Assembly (NCBI GenBank): GCA_965248925.1
Contig: CBDFLE010000005.1
Coordinates: 1,824,001 to 1,888,000 of the forward strand
Length of the DNA stretch: 64,000 nt
Reading direction: 5' to 3'
From: Candidatus Multivoradales bacterium
Lineage (GTDB): Bacteria; Acidobacteriota; Thermoanaerobaculia; Multivoradales; J023
Made by a program: the position numbers and the translations under genes
The notes under the pieces: model-generated
The model's database searches: none
The model's input: only the letters and a program-made list of their open reading frames with translations
What the model was told of the DNA's origin: nothing
Shown here: piece by piece, positions 18,301 through 27,718 of the stretch
Layout of the letters: the number at the start of each line of letters is the position of its first letter
Position numbering within the stretch: position 1 is the stretch's first letter

Positions 18301-20268
18301 CCCTACACCGCGGCGCTGACCTCCATCGATTCCGCGTTGTTCGACGATTGGGAGACCCGGTCTGACGAGAACCTCGGCCTCTTCGAGTGGCCTCCGACCG
18401 GCGAGCGACTGACGCGGGAGAGCTTCGGGCGCTACCGCGAGCAGGGCGGCGTGGTGATCATCCACGCCCGCGATGAAGCCCGGCAGGAAGCCGCGGTGCA
18501 AAGGTGCCTGGCGCACCCACTGCCGATGGTTGCCAGCGATGGGGCATGGGATGACGGTAAGACGCACCCTCGCTCGGCCGGCACCAACAGCCGCATCCTC
18601 GGCCGTTATGTTCGCGAGAAGGGCGTCCTCACCTTGATGGAGGCGCTCCGCAAGATGAGCCTCGCACCCGCGCAGCACCTCGAACGGCGCGTACCGGCGA
18701 TGCACAACAAGGGCCGTATCCGCATGGGTGCTGACGCAGACCTGGTCATCTTTGACCCAGCCACCGTGATCGATCGGGCCACGTACCGCGAGCCGACGGT
18801 GCCGCCGGCGGGCATCGAGGCGGTGCTCGTAGGCGGTGTGCCGGTGGTGCGAAGTGGTGTCATTCAGGATGGCGTATTTCCTGGCCGTCCCATCCGTGGC
18901 CCGATGATTCCCGTCCCCGGTCGAGAGGTCAGCGCATCGCGGCGGCGAGGCTCGTTCGAGCAGGCTGACGAGGTCGTCCGCGCTCACCTGGCCGATCGGC
19001 GCATCCCGGGCGCCTCGATCGCCATCATCACCGCGGATGGCGGCGTCGAGACCGCGGCCTTCGGTACCGCGGTGATTCAGCACAACGTTGCGGCGAAGGT
19101 CGATACGGTTTACGAGATCGCTTCGCTGACCAAACAGTTCACCGCCACCGCCGTGCTCATGCTCTGCGACGAGGGCAAGCTCGATCTCGACGATCCGATC
19201 GATCGCTACATCGAGGCGGCGCCCGAAGCGTGGCGTGGGATCACTGTCCGGCACCTCCTGACCCACACCGCCGGGATCGCCCCGCAGGAGGTCGAGTTCG
19301 CTTCCTTGAAAGGAGACTGGCGACGCTATTCGTCGCGGGAGCTGATGCTGGCTTCGGCGATTGCCGACCCGGTCGTGAGCCCGCCCGGCGAGCGGTTTCA
19401 GTACTCCAGCGAGGACTACTTCCTCGCCGCGCTCGCCGTCGAGAAGGCGTCGGGAGTGAGCTTCCGTGAGTTCATGCGGCAGCGCATCTTCGAGCCCCTC
19501 GGTATGGCCCAGACCCTGATGCAAGACGAGCTGCGAATTATTCCCAACGAAGCTCAGGGCTATTCGCTCAAGCACGGCGAGCTGGTCAACATCTGGCGCG
19601 ACGCGGTCGAGGAGACCGCCGGTGGCTGGGGGATGTTCTCGAACATCCCCGACCTGGTCCGCTGGGATCGAGCGCTGCGCGACCAAGAGCTCCTCTCCCC
19701 GGAGTCCTACGCGGCGATGTTCTCGCCGACGACACTGAAGGACGGCTCCCGATTTCGTTACGGCCTGGGCTGGTGGCTCCCCGAGCGAAATGGGATCCCC
19801 TACCAGTACCACAGCGGAATCACGGGCACCGAACTCCTGCGAATTCCCTCCCGCGGCCTGACGGTGATCGTGCTGACCAACCTCGGTCGGTCGGGGGCGG
19901 TGGGTTCCGACGAAGCCAACCCCTGGGGGCTGGCGGACGCCATCGCCTCGGCTCTCGTGCCCGAGTTTGCCCTGGAGACAAAAAACCTGCCGTTGTCGCC
20001 GAAGGCAGTGAGTGCCTACACCGGCCGCTGGCGTTTCGTCTATGGTGAGGCGACTCTGTTCGAGCGCGAGGGGAGGTTGTGGATCGAGGACAGCCAGGGC
20101 GCCGACCCGATGCTCTACCAGGGCGACGACACGTTTGGTTTCGATGGCGACTCCGAGCGCCTGGTCTTCCATCGCTCGGCGGACGGCGCGGTGACCGGCG
20201 CGCAGTGGATCGGCGAGGTCGACGAAGAGGCTCCGGGAGTGCGGGTCGTCCCGGAAGGCCTCGACTAG
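15310..20268 (+). CDS. triple-enzyme lipoprotein: S9 prolyl oligopeptidase + D-aminoacylase-like amidohydrolase + beta-lactamase-like serine hydrolase
   Basis: Lipobox IGGC; DRYRWLED, GSSNGG/DDLV/GGH triad; PGFIDL, HPRSAGT, GADADL; IASLTK, YSS, HSG; single uninterrupted frame. Confidence 0.85.
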   Translation: MTTATVIPLAWSHRRASFAATAFLFLIGGCTPLVAPQPADRAELREPCQFAAVTDDYHGELVTDRYRWLEDLTEPCVSSWIEQRNVESERFLESAQDFRTWASELVAEFARIQSGSTRVEGGFLLSEEGGSGDNLPVYLFARPGMEPGTLIDPEALGIDPASTIRHIQPSPDGEHVAFGLSPAGQRLMSIRVAHVATQRLLPDRIEGVKYSGASWANNSREFVYSKYTSPGTLDGDTLDRGPLVAVHRLGTEAAGDTILLKGHATAPDLFLGAELSDDGQLLLVWDWSGKEQGEDLLVADLVDAETPRWRAPLRAALGRRAGHHRYIGGSGQEVYLQTSLDAAKQRIVRLRADRPDPWETVVAEDSRPLQHSAFTDGHLVLSYRKDVITEIDLYDVERQTTRQLELPSPGSAFVFQRGPRPNSVSFLFDSFTRPPTGYEVQPRSGRLRPLAAPLSELEGVVTNQHFAKSKDGTSIPFFLVSNSTALGAASPTLLVGYGASRGTLEPEFDAEWVTWLKMGGKLVLANIRGGAEYGEEWYAAATLANKQNSFDDFIAIAERLIEDGETNRNQLVAYGSSNGGLLMAAVMVQRPDLFAAILADVGIYDALRFPLFTAGPRWVREMGDARIPEEYPWVRAWSPIHNLVADTCYPATFLTTAQDDDLVHPSQSYKFAAALSDVQGCPKPILLRAYPSGGHSSREAHGLLSERAADRLTFAAIESGLAAPAALLVQSFDLLIEGGRVMDPDSGLDAIRHIGITDGVIQAISETPLVGKTEIDATGRVVAPGFIDLNTYQHSDSFFRLRVADGVTSVLHLEGGAVDVSAYYDALEGRALIHHGISVSHGGLRLVAQGDTSLEILNGMTDMPGINETRASPELDDRPLTPAELDTLAALVEQGLREGAVAVGFGIAYTPGTTHSEILRMVELAARYDASAHLHLRDWDATREWGELYEVFAAAIHTGGDLHVNHLQSHMGSFTEPALTFIDRARSFGLPITTECYPYTAALTSIDSALFDDWETRSDENLGLFEWPPTGERLTRESFGRYREQGGVVIIHARDEARQEAAVQRCLAHPLPMVASDGAWDDGKTHPRSAGTNSRILGRYVREKGVLTLMEALRKMSLAPAQHLERRVPAMHNKGRIRMGADADLVIFDPATVIDRATYREPTVPPAGIEAVLVGGVPVVRSGVIQDGVFPGRPIRGPMIPVPGREVSASRRRGSFEQADEVVRAHLADRRIPGASIAIITADGGVETAAFGTAVIQHNVAAKVDTVYEIASLTKQFTATAVLMLCDEGKLDLDDPIDRYIEAAPEAWRGITVRHLLTHTAGIAPQEVEFASLKGDWRRYSSRELMLASAIADPVVSPPGERFQYSSEDYFLAALAVEKASGVSFREFMRQRIFEPLGMAQTLMQDELRIIPNEAQGYSLKHGELVNIWRDAVEETAGGWGMFSNIPDLVRWDRALRDQELLSPESYAAMFSPTTLKDGSRFRYGLGWWLPERNGIPYQYHSGITGTELLRIPSRGLTVIVLTNLGRSGAVGSDEANPWGLADAIASALVPEFALETKNLPLSPKAVSAYTGRWRFVYGEATLFEREGRLWIEDSQGADPMLYQGDDTFGFDGDSERLVFHRSADGAVTGAQWIGEVDEEAPGVRVVPEGLD
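20201..20257 (+). repeat. 57-bp direct repeat, copy 1 (3' end of the triple-fusion gene)
   Basis: 54/57 identical to 23812-23868. Confidence 0.85.
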
Positions 20269-20359
20269 GGTCCATCCTCTCCATCGGCCTGCGCTCCTGT
20301 TCCGCCGATCGAGCCGTGAGTGGTCGCCTCTCAAGGCCGGCCAGACTACACTCATTGGC

Positions 20360-23300
20360 ATGAACAGAGACCGCTGGATCATTGCGCTAGTCGCACTCGT
20401 CACGATCGCATCGATGGCGGTCTGCCTGGAGTCCGCCGAGGGGAGCCGTGAGGGGGTGGTCATCTCGGCCCCAGGGCGAGAGGGGGTGCTCCCGAAGGGG
20501 GGTCTGTTCACTTCCTGGGGGCTCGAGGACGAAACGGGCTTGCAACTGGAAAGTGGCTCGCTGTCCAACCCGATCGATCTCAATCTCGCCTGGATCACCG
20601 CGGCGCCGCGCGGCAGGTTCATTCTCCACGGTACCGACGAGAACCATGAAACCAGCTATGAAGTTCCTGTAGCTGGGATTGGTGCCGAAACCCGGCCGTG
20701 GCTGCCCTTGGCCGAGGCAGGTGCCTACGAAGATGCTTGGAGAAAGAGGGAGGCCGAGCCCGATACTGCCTCAGCGTCGCTGTTGAGTCTGGCTAGAGGT
20801 CTGGCTCGGCGCGGCAGGCTCGGCGCGGCGAGTTCGGTGGCTCTCCAAGCCCTAAAACTCGCGCAGGACGCCGGGCTGGCGAACGAAGCGTACCGCGCGA
20901 CAAGAGGGTGGCTCACCGAGCCGGCTCAGCTGGCCTTGGCTGCCAGGACACGTGGGAGCTGGGAGAGTCACGAGCAACGATGGGCCGAAGCGACACTCTA
21001 TTTCGCGGAGGCGCTGGCGATCGACCAAGGCAACAGTTCTTCAGAGCTTCTCATCGCGCTTGACTACATGGAGCTTGGGCGAATCGCGGACAGCGCCGGT
21101 CGGGCTCTAGAGGCGTTGGACTTCTACCAGAAGACTGTCGCAATTCGGCAGCGAGTGGCTCCGGCATCCATGGCGCTCTGGATCGCCCTGTTCAATCGGC
21201 ACATTCCCGAGTCCGTACTCGGTCAGCTCGATCAGTCCGTCGACACGCTAAAGACGGCTCAGGCACTGATCGAAGAGCTGGCACCCGAGTCGTTGAGAGC
21301 CGGACTCACGATGGCCGGACTGGGCCGCCTGGCCTGGCAACGCGCCGATCTTCGGCAAGCCGAACTCCTCTATGGCAGGGCGATAAGGGTCGTCGAGCCG
21401 CTCGCCCCGGGGTCTCTCAGACTTGCGAGCCTATGGAACAACATGGGACTCGTCGCCTACAACCGGGGAAACCTAGTACACGCAGAGCGCCTTTTCTCTG
21501 ATGCTCTCGATGTCCAACAGCGGCTCGGCTCGGGCACGCCCTCGGTGGCGAACACATTGAACAACCTGGGCATGATCTCCAACGAGCGCGGCCGGTACCA
21601 AGATGCGGATGCTTTCTATGGGCGAGCTCTAGAAATCTACGAGGCAATTCAACCCGAGAGCCTGGCGGTAGCCCGAACGCTCAACAACCGCGCCAACAAC
21701 GCGCGACGAGCAGGCCGGCTCGAGTCCTCCGAAAGGGACGTCAAACGATCTCGAGCGATCACTGCCCTGGTCGCGCCCGAATCACGAACTCACTCGACGG
21801 GACTCGAGGTGCTGACCTTGCTCTACGAGGTGCGTGGAGACTACGAGCAAGCTCGAGAACTCCTGGAGGGAGCGATCGCGGACTTCGACAAGGCGGCGCC
21901 CGACACCCTGCGTGTGGCGCGGCCTCTAAACACTCTGGGCCGGATACTACGCAAACTTGATCAGGGTGAGACCGCCAAGAAGAAACAACAAGAGGCGCTA
22001 GGCATCGTTCAGAAGGTTGCTCCAGGGAGCGTCCTGGAGGCGCGGATTCTCAACGAGCTCGGCCTGGTTGAGCGCCGTGGCGGCGATGCGCGCGCAGGAG
22101 CCCGGTTTCTGTGCCGGGCCGTTCGTTCGCTGGATGAACAGAAGCTGCGACTGGGTGGGAACCGAAAAGCCGGAAACCCATTCGATCGTGAAACGGCCCA
22201 CATCTACAGGGACTGCATCGAAGCACTGCTCCAGTTGGGGCGGACCTCTGAGGCGTACGAGATCCTGGAGATGTCCCGGGCCCGCGAGCTACTGATTCTG
22301 CTGGCTGATAGGGATCTCGGACTCGACGATGATCTTCCGGAGGAGCTCCGCGATTGGCGCCGGAAGCTCCACCGTGAATACGACAAGGTGTTCGCCGAAC
22401 TGCTTACCAGCGAAGCGCTGGAATCGTCGCCTGAGCGGGCTCTCATCGAGACCCGTTTGGCAGAGCTGCGTCAGCAGCAGGAGCAGTTGGATCGCCAGCT
22501 GCGAGACGCCAACCCGCGTCTCGCGGCACTCGAGTCACCGCGAAGTCTCAGCTCCCAGCAGGCACTGCGGGCGATCGATGCCGGCACCTTGCTGCTCTCC
22601 TACTCGCTCGGGGAGGAGAGTACGCACGTCTTCGCCATCGGTACGGGGGTCCCGTCAGGCCTCGAGGCTCACCAGATCCCAATGGGAGCCAAACAGATTG
22701 AAGAGTTGGTGGGTACCTTCCGTAGGCAGATCGTCGAGCGCGCACCGGGTGCTAGGTCGTCGGCTCGGGCACTCTGGGATCTCCTGATCGCGCCTCTCGA
22801 GCCGAGGCTCAGGAGCCATGATCGAGTCCTCTTCTCTCTTGAGGGCGGCCTTCACGGCCTTCCCTTCGCGGCGCTGCTCTCCCCGGAGAAGCAGTACCTG
22901 ATCGAGCATCTTCCGATCCACTTCGTATCCTCCGCTACCGTCTACGCAGAACTGCGCCAAAGGAGTAGCGGGAAAAAAGGGCGGCTCCTGGTCTTCGCGG
23001 ATCCGGAGGTTCCCGAGGGTCTTGGAGTGGGGCTCCGGATGGCTACCGAGGCCGGCGAAGACCCTACGGCATCGGGTCTGCCTGCCCTTCCAGGCTCACG
23101 CCGGGAAGCGAGTGTCATAGCCAAATCGTTTCCGGGACCGGCGGAGGTCTTCTTGGGCGCCGAGGCTTCGGAGGGGCGATTCAAGTTGCTGGCAACTGGG
23201 GCCTCGCATCTTCATCTCGCGACCCATGGCTACCTGGATACGATGTTTCCGTTGGATTCAGGCCTTGTATTCGCTGCGTCGCAGGGCACTGAGGCCAAGG

Positions 23301-23713
23301 AGAACGGGCTCCTTCAGGCATGGGAGATCTTCGAGCAGCTCGAGCTGGATGCAGACTTAGTCACTCTGTCATCGTGTGAAACAGCCCTGGGCCAGGATCT
23401 TCCAGGAGAAGGCCTAATCGGCCTCACCAGGGCCTTTCAGTACGCCGGCGCGAGGTCGATTGTCGCCTCTCTCTGGAAGGTGGAGGACGACAAGACAGCA
23501 CGCTTCATGGAGCGTTTCTACCAGGAGCTGGGACGTGGACTGCCAAAGGACGAAGCACTTCGACTGGCCACTCTGGCGCTCCTCCAGGGTACGTCGGGAG
23601 TCGACCAGGGCAGCCCGCCGGCGCGCGGAGTCGGCGGCTTGGGTCCCTCTCTCCCAGCACAGGAACCCTCTTTCGCCTGGGCGGCCTTTCAACTGATCGG
23701 CGATCGTCGGTAG
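20360..23713 (+). CDS. exported TPR-repeat CHAT (caspase-like) protease
   Basis: Signal peptide; NNLG-type TPRs; HLATHG and LSSCET dyad; ASLWKV; WAAFQL. Confidence 0.92.
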   Translation: MNRDRWIIALVALVTIASMAVCLESAEGSREGVVISAPGREGVLPKGGLFTSWGLEDETGLQLESGSLSNPIDLNLAWITAAPRGRFILHGTDENHETSYEVPVAGIGAETRPWLPLAEAGAYEDAWRKREAEPDTASASLLSLARGLARRGRLGAASSVALQALKLAQDAGLANEAYRATRGWLTEPAQLALAARTRGSWESHEQRWAEATLYFAEALAIDQGNSSSELLIALDYMELGRIADSAGRALEALDFYQKTVAIRQRVAPASMALWIALFNRHIPESVLGQLDQSVDTLKTAQALIEELAPESLRAGLTMAGLGRLAWQRADLRQAELLYGRAIRVVEPLAPGSLRLASLWNNMGLVAYNRGNLVHAERLFSDALDVQQRLGSGTPSVANTLNNLGMISNERGRYQDADAFYGRALEIYEAIQPESLAVARTLNNRANNARRAGRLESSERDVKRSRAITALVAPESRTHSTGLEVLTLLYEVRGDYEQARELLEGAIADFDKAAPDTLRVARPLNTLGRILRKLDQGETAKKKQQEALGIVQKVAPGSVLEARILNELGLVERRGGDARAGARFLCRAVRSLDEQKLRLGGNRKAGNPFDRETAHIYRDCIEALLQLGRTSEAYEILEMSRARELLILLADRDLGLDDDLPEELRDWRRKLHREYDKVFAELLTSEALESSPERALIETRLAELRQQQEQLDRQLRDANPRLAALESPRSLSSQQALRAIDAGTLLLSYSLGEESTHVFAIGTGVPSGLEAHQIPMGAKQIEELVGTFRRQIVERAPGARSSARALWDLLIAPLEPRLRSHDRVLFSLEGGLHGLPFAALLSPEKQYLIEHLPIHFVSSATVYAELRQRSSGKKGRLLVFADPEVPEGLGVGLRMATEAGEDPTASGLPALPGSRREASVIAKSFPGPAEVFLGAEASEGRFKLLATGASHLHLATHGYLDTMFPLDSGLVFAASQGTEAKENGLLQAWEIFEQLELDADLVTLSSCETALGQDLPGEGLIGLTRAFQYAGARSIVASLWKVEDDKTARFMERFYQELGRGLPKDEALRLATLALLQGTSGVDQGSPPARGVGGLGPSLPAQEPSFAWAAFQLIGDRR

Positions 23714-23811
23714 TTTCCGGCGGCTTGTTGATTGCCACCAAGGGACTCCGCAGCCGCAGCTCGCCTCCGGTCCCCCCATTTGGCGGCTCCGCGCCTGCAC
23801 AACGACAGGTA

Positions 23812-23868
23812 CGCAGTGGATCGGCGAGGTCGACGAGGAGGCTCCGGGAGCACGGGTCGTCCCGGAAG
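23812..23868 (+). repeat. 57-bp direct repeat, copy 2 (intergenic)
   Basis: Matches 20201-20257. Confidence 0.85.
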
Positions 23869-24208
23869 AGCCCTAGCCGGTACTCCCTCCCCGCCGGCAA
23901 CGCCTGATGCCCGTGCGCTCGCGCGATGTTGCGCGTTTATACAAGAGCAGGCGGGCAGCGGGTAGTTCCGGCCGCCCCCTCCTGCCGTGCATCTTGGATA
24001 TTTAGGGGTAAGGGTCCGCGAAGAGATAAGTTCCGAATACTGGAAGTTATTCTTTCGCGGGCTCTTAGAGCCATGGAAAGACCGGCCGGGCCTGAGATTG
24101 CGTTCCCAGATCGGCTCACACACTCGACCCACGGTCCTCCGCAGACTCTCCTCCTCGTGGGATTCCTCTTCTTGCCGACGGCTGCCCAGGGAATCGAAGT
24201 CAGGGACG

Positions 24209-26935
24209 CTACGGCGAAGTCGTCGACCACATCGTGGTGCCGCCGCTCTCGAAGCCATCTTCAAAGAGCGATGGCTCCCAAGCCCAGAGCTCGTGGCCGG
24301 CACCGTCGGTCCCGACTGCGCTGAAGAAGACGCGGCTTCCCGAGGCCACGGGCTCGACTTCTTGCCCAGCCGGGCCCGGTAGGATTTCACCGAGGGGCTT
24401 TGTCCCGGCGACGGTGCCGTCGGAACTCCAGAGCTCGAAGCCGCGGTCGGCGCGAAAAGCGGAGAAAACGAAGACGTCTCCCAAGGTGGCGCCGGTGCTC
24501 GAGGAGCTCATCGACGGAGCGGCTCCTGGGACGAGATCGATCAGGGTGGTCGTGATGCCGTCGGTGAACCAGAGCTCGCTACCCGAATCCTCGTGCTCAT
24601 CGACGTAGAACCATCCACCGCCCGTCGCACCAATCACCCGCGGGATATTGGCGGCAGAGAAGCCGCCGTCGAGGCCACGCTGGGTGAGCTGCGATGTGCC
24701 CGCCGCCGTGCCATCGGTCACGAAGAATTCGCGGAAGCCCGTGTGACCGCTCACGAATAGAGCTCTGTTTTCCGAGCCAACGATGACCTCTGGAAATGAC
24801 GGTGAGATGCTGGGGAGAACCTGTACCGTGCCTCCAGAGGTACCATCGCTGGCCCAGAGCTCGCTCGAAGTCAGGAATACGACCAGGGGTAGCGTTGCAC
24901 CCTCTCCATGGACCAGAGTCGCTCCTGCCCTGAGAGTACCCGGAGTCGTGATCGCCATAGTACCGGTAAGGGTACCGTCGGTTCTCCAGAGGTGGCCGCC
25001 GGAAGTGTCGAAAGCGGTGAAGAAGGCGGCGTTTCCGGCCGAAATCACCGGGGCAAAAGGGACGCCGACGATCAGCTCTTCCGCCGCTCCCGAGGTCGGA
25101 TCGAGTGCCCACATCACCCGGTCGCCGCTGGCATTGAGGGCCAGCGTCAGCACGAGATCATCGGCTGGGTACAGGCCTTCGGGATTGGAATCACCAGCAC
25201 CGAGCAGATTGATCTGTTGCACGGCGCCACCGTCCCAACGGTAGGGTTCTCGCGGAGCATCCGAGCTCGAGGCGATCATCAGCGTTCGACCCGAGTGCAC
25301 AAGAAACTCGTCTGCATTCAGCGATTCCGTACCGACGACGACATCTTCGATCAGGCGGGTCCCCTGGCTATCGAGTACCCAAGGTTCGTTTCCGATGTCG
25401 GGTCGCCGGGCGCTGAAGCGCAGACCACCTTGGCCATCTGCCTCGAGAGACGTCGGCAGAGAAGAGGCATCCTCGACCTCCGAGTTCAGCCACAGCCACG
25501 ATGCCGGCGCAAAGAGCGCCGCAAGCTGCTGACTGACACCTGCCGCCTCATAGAATCCGATCTGAACCAGCAAATCCGTGCCCAGCGAAATGAGTGGAAG
25601 CGGATCGCTCAACGTCTGTTGGCCGAAGTTGAAATCAACGAAGAGATCGGTTTCAGCCTCCGTCCTGCGCCAGAGCGCGTCGCCTGATAGGGCGGTCGAT
25701 GCGGCAAAGAAGAGTGCGCCGTCGTGCAGAGTGAGATGGCGTGGATCCGAGCCATCCAACCCCGGATTGATGTCTTTCACCACTGCCGTTCCGTTCGTCT
25801 CGTCATAGCACCAAAGCTCTTCGCCGGTATCGAGCTCAGTAGCCGTGAAACAGACGCCGTCGCCAAAAGCGACGATCTCGGTGACCGGCTCGAGACTGTC
25901 AGCGGCTCCAAGTTGAATGTCGGTAAGGCGCACGTTGGATCCGTCGGCTGAGGAGTAGCGCCACAGCTCGCAGCCGTGGGAAGAGGTCTGGGCGGTGTAA
26001 TAGAGCCTCTGACCATCGACCGCGAAGGGTTCTGACCCTGAATCGGCGTTGCACCTCTCGATACTAAAGATCGTCTCCACTTCGGCAATCGTGTCCCAGC
26101 TCACCAATTGATTGCCGAGGCCGCCGAAAGTGGCGGAAAGGAGGAGCAAGCTCGAATTGATGAAAGTGAGGTTTCTTGGCCGGTAGTCGATCTCTGAGGG
26201 AAGGAATCCGGGCACTAGCTCCGTGCCTGCAGCGGTACCGTCACTTCGCCAGAGTGTATCGCCAGTCGTAGGGGTAACAGCGGAGAAATAGATGCCGCCA
26301 CCCGGGGCAGCGACCTTTCCTCGAGGAGAGCTACTGCCTCCGCCGGGAACAATTTCGAGCACAGCGACCTGAGTTCCGTCCCATACGGCGAGCTCCGAAC
26401 CTTGAGAACTAGAATGGGCGGTAAAGAAGAGTACCGTGCCATCGAAGACGAAGTCCGAGAGAATCAACAAGCTGTTTCCCGACGCCAAGTCGGTCAACCG
26501 CCGGGTACCTTCGGGCGTACCGTCCGTTACCCAAACCTCAGTTCCATCTGCAAACGTAGTGGCGCTGAAGAAGACCTTGGCGCCCGTCCGAGTAAGGTTC
26601 CTTGGGTTGCTCCCAACGGGGCCCGGCTCGACGTCTACGAACAAGGCCGTTCCGTTCACGCTGCCGTCGCTGATCCACAGCTCGCAGCCATGATCAGTGT
26701 CTTCGCCGGCGAAAATGTAGATTCCTGCGAGCTCGACACCTACGCCACTCGAACACAGGAATTCGTCCTGGGGAGAGGGGGTCGTATTGAGATCGGCAAC
26801 ACGAAACGGGTTGCCGAGTACCCTGCCCAGCGGAAAGGCGAGAAGCACGGCGGCGATGAGCAAGGCTCGGGTCGACAGGGCTGTGATGGTCGACTTCTCG
26901 AGTGAATGCCGGTTGGGGATGAGTTTCATATTCAA
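24209..26935 (-). CDS. ELWxxDGT-repeat beta-propeller surface protein with xFxDGFESG tail
   Basis: Signal peptide; repeats ELWISDGS, EVWVTDGT, LWRSDGT, ELWASDGT, ELWSSDGT; ends LFEDGFESGGTTMWSTTSP. Confidence 0.9.
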   Translation of the reverse strand: MNMKLIPNRHSLEKSTITALSTRALLIAAVLLAFPLGRVLGNPFRVADLNTTPSPQDEFLCSSGVGVELAGIYIFAGEDTDHGCELWISDGSVNGTALFVDVEPGPVGSNPRNLTRTGAKVFFSATTFADGTEVWVTDGTPEGTRRLTDLASGNSLLILSDFVFDGTVLFFTAHSSSQGSELAVWDGTQVAVLEIVPGGGSSSPRGKVAAPGGGIYFSAVTPTTGDTLWRSDGTAAGTELVPGFLPSEIDYRPRNLTFINSSLLLLSATFGGLGNQLVSWDTIAEVETIFSIERCNADSGSEPFAVDGQRLYYTAQTSSHGCELWRYSSADGSNVRLTDIQLGAADSLEPVTEIVAFGDGVCFTATELDTGEELWCYDETNGTAVVKDINPGLDGSDPRHLTLHDGALFFAASTALSGDALWRRTEAETDLFVDFNFGQQTLSDPLPLISLGTDLLVQIGFYEAAGVSQQLAALFAPASWLWLNSEVEDASSLPTSLEADGQGGLRFSARRPDIGNEPWVLDSQGTRLIEDVVVGTESLNADEFLVHSGRTLMIASSSDAPREPYRWDGGAVQQINLLGAGDSNPEGLYPADDLVLTLALNASGDRVMWALDPTSGAAEELIVGVPFAPVISAGNAAFFTAFDTSGGHLWRTDGTLTGTMAITTPGTLRAGATLVHGEGATLPLVVFLTSSELWASDGTSGGTVQVLPSISPSFPEVIVGSENRALFVSGHTGFREFFVTDGTAAGTSQLTQRGLDGGFSAANIPRVIGATGGGWFYVDEHEDSGSELWFTDGITTTLIDLVPGAAPSMSSSSTGATLGDVFVFSAFRADRGFELWSSDGTVAGTKPLGEILPGPAGQEVEPVASGSRVFFSAVGTDGAGHELWAWEPSLFEDGFESGGTTMWSTTSP

Positions 26936-27005
26936 GCACCTACTCTCTTCTCATGTCCTACTCGGTAGTCGAGGGTCGATAGCTGCTCGAGTGCCCTCAT
27001 CCATC

Positions 27006-27034
27006 AACGCACCGTTGGGCGTCGGAAAGGGTCA
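27006..27034 (-). promoter_or_regulatory. putative ECF-dependent promoter TGACCC-N17-TGCG
   Basis: Same layout as 39943-39971; both lie upstream of a gene divergent from an ECF43-like sigma factor. Confidence 0.45.
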
Positions 27035-27124
27035 TCTGTGCTGCGCCTCTTCATGGACCCACCGTGCTGGGCATGGGATCATGGGAGCGGATCGAGGAGA
27101 AGCCGCCTCGGGAATCGAGTTCGC

Positions 27125-27718
27125 ATGACCCCATACCCGGCACCGAAACCCACCGAGTCCGAAATCACCCGACTGCTACAGCGAAGCAGTGCAGGCGATC
27201 TGGAGGCTCTCGACGAGCTGATGCCCCTGGTCTATGACGAGTTGCGCCGGCGAGCCTCCGCCCAGATGAGGGGCGAACGCGACGCACACACGCTGGGGAC
27301 TACCGGGCTGATCCACGAGGCGGTCCTGCGTTTGGCGGGCCAGCGCGGTGCGCAATGGGCCAATAGCGCCCAGTTCTACGCCCTCTCCTCCACGGCCATG
27401 CGGCGTATTCTGGTGAATTGGGCACGCGACCGAAATCGCGCCAAGAGGGGCGGCGGAGTCTCTCCCTTACCCCTCGACGAGATCGAGGTCGCTGGCCAAC
27501 AACCCGAAGCCGATACGGTCCTGGCCGTCGACCAAGCCTTGAAGCGCCTCGCAGAGTTCAGTCCACGGGCCGTGCGGGTTGTCGAATGCCGATATTTCGC
27601 CGGCTTCTCCGTCGACGAGACGGCGACTGCCTTGGAGATATCGAAGTCGACGGTCAAGCGCGAATGGCGACTCGCGAAGGCCTGGCTCGGCAAGGAGCTC
27701 TCCAGCGAAGGGATCTAA
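27125..27718 (+). CDS. ECF sigma factor, kinase-associated ECF43/EcfK-like
   Basis: ITRLL..LMPLVYDELRR, HTLGTTGLIHEA, AMRRILV, AKRGG, VVECRYFAG, TVKREWRLAKAWL. Confidence 0.9.
   Translation: MTPYPAPKPTESEITRLLQRSSAGDLEALDELMPLVYDELRRRASAQMRGERDAHTLGTTGLIHEAVLRLAGQRGAQWANSAQFYALSSTAMRRILVNWARDRNRAKRGGGVSPLPLDEIEVAGQQPEADTVLAVDQALKRLAEFSPRAVRVVECRYFAGFSVDETATALEISKSTVKREWRLAKAWLGKELSSEGI

Noticed and set aside
17995-20622. 875-aa minus-strand ORF
   Set aside because: Antisense shadow of the motif-rich triple-fusion gene; typical of high-GC DNA and has no motifs
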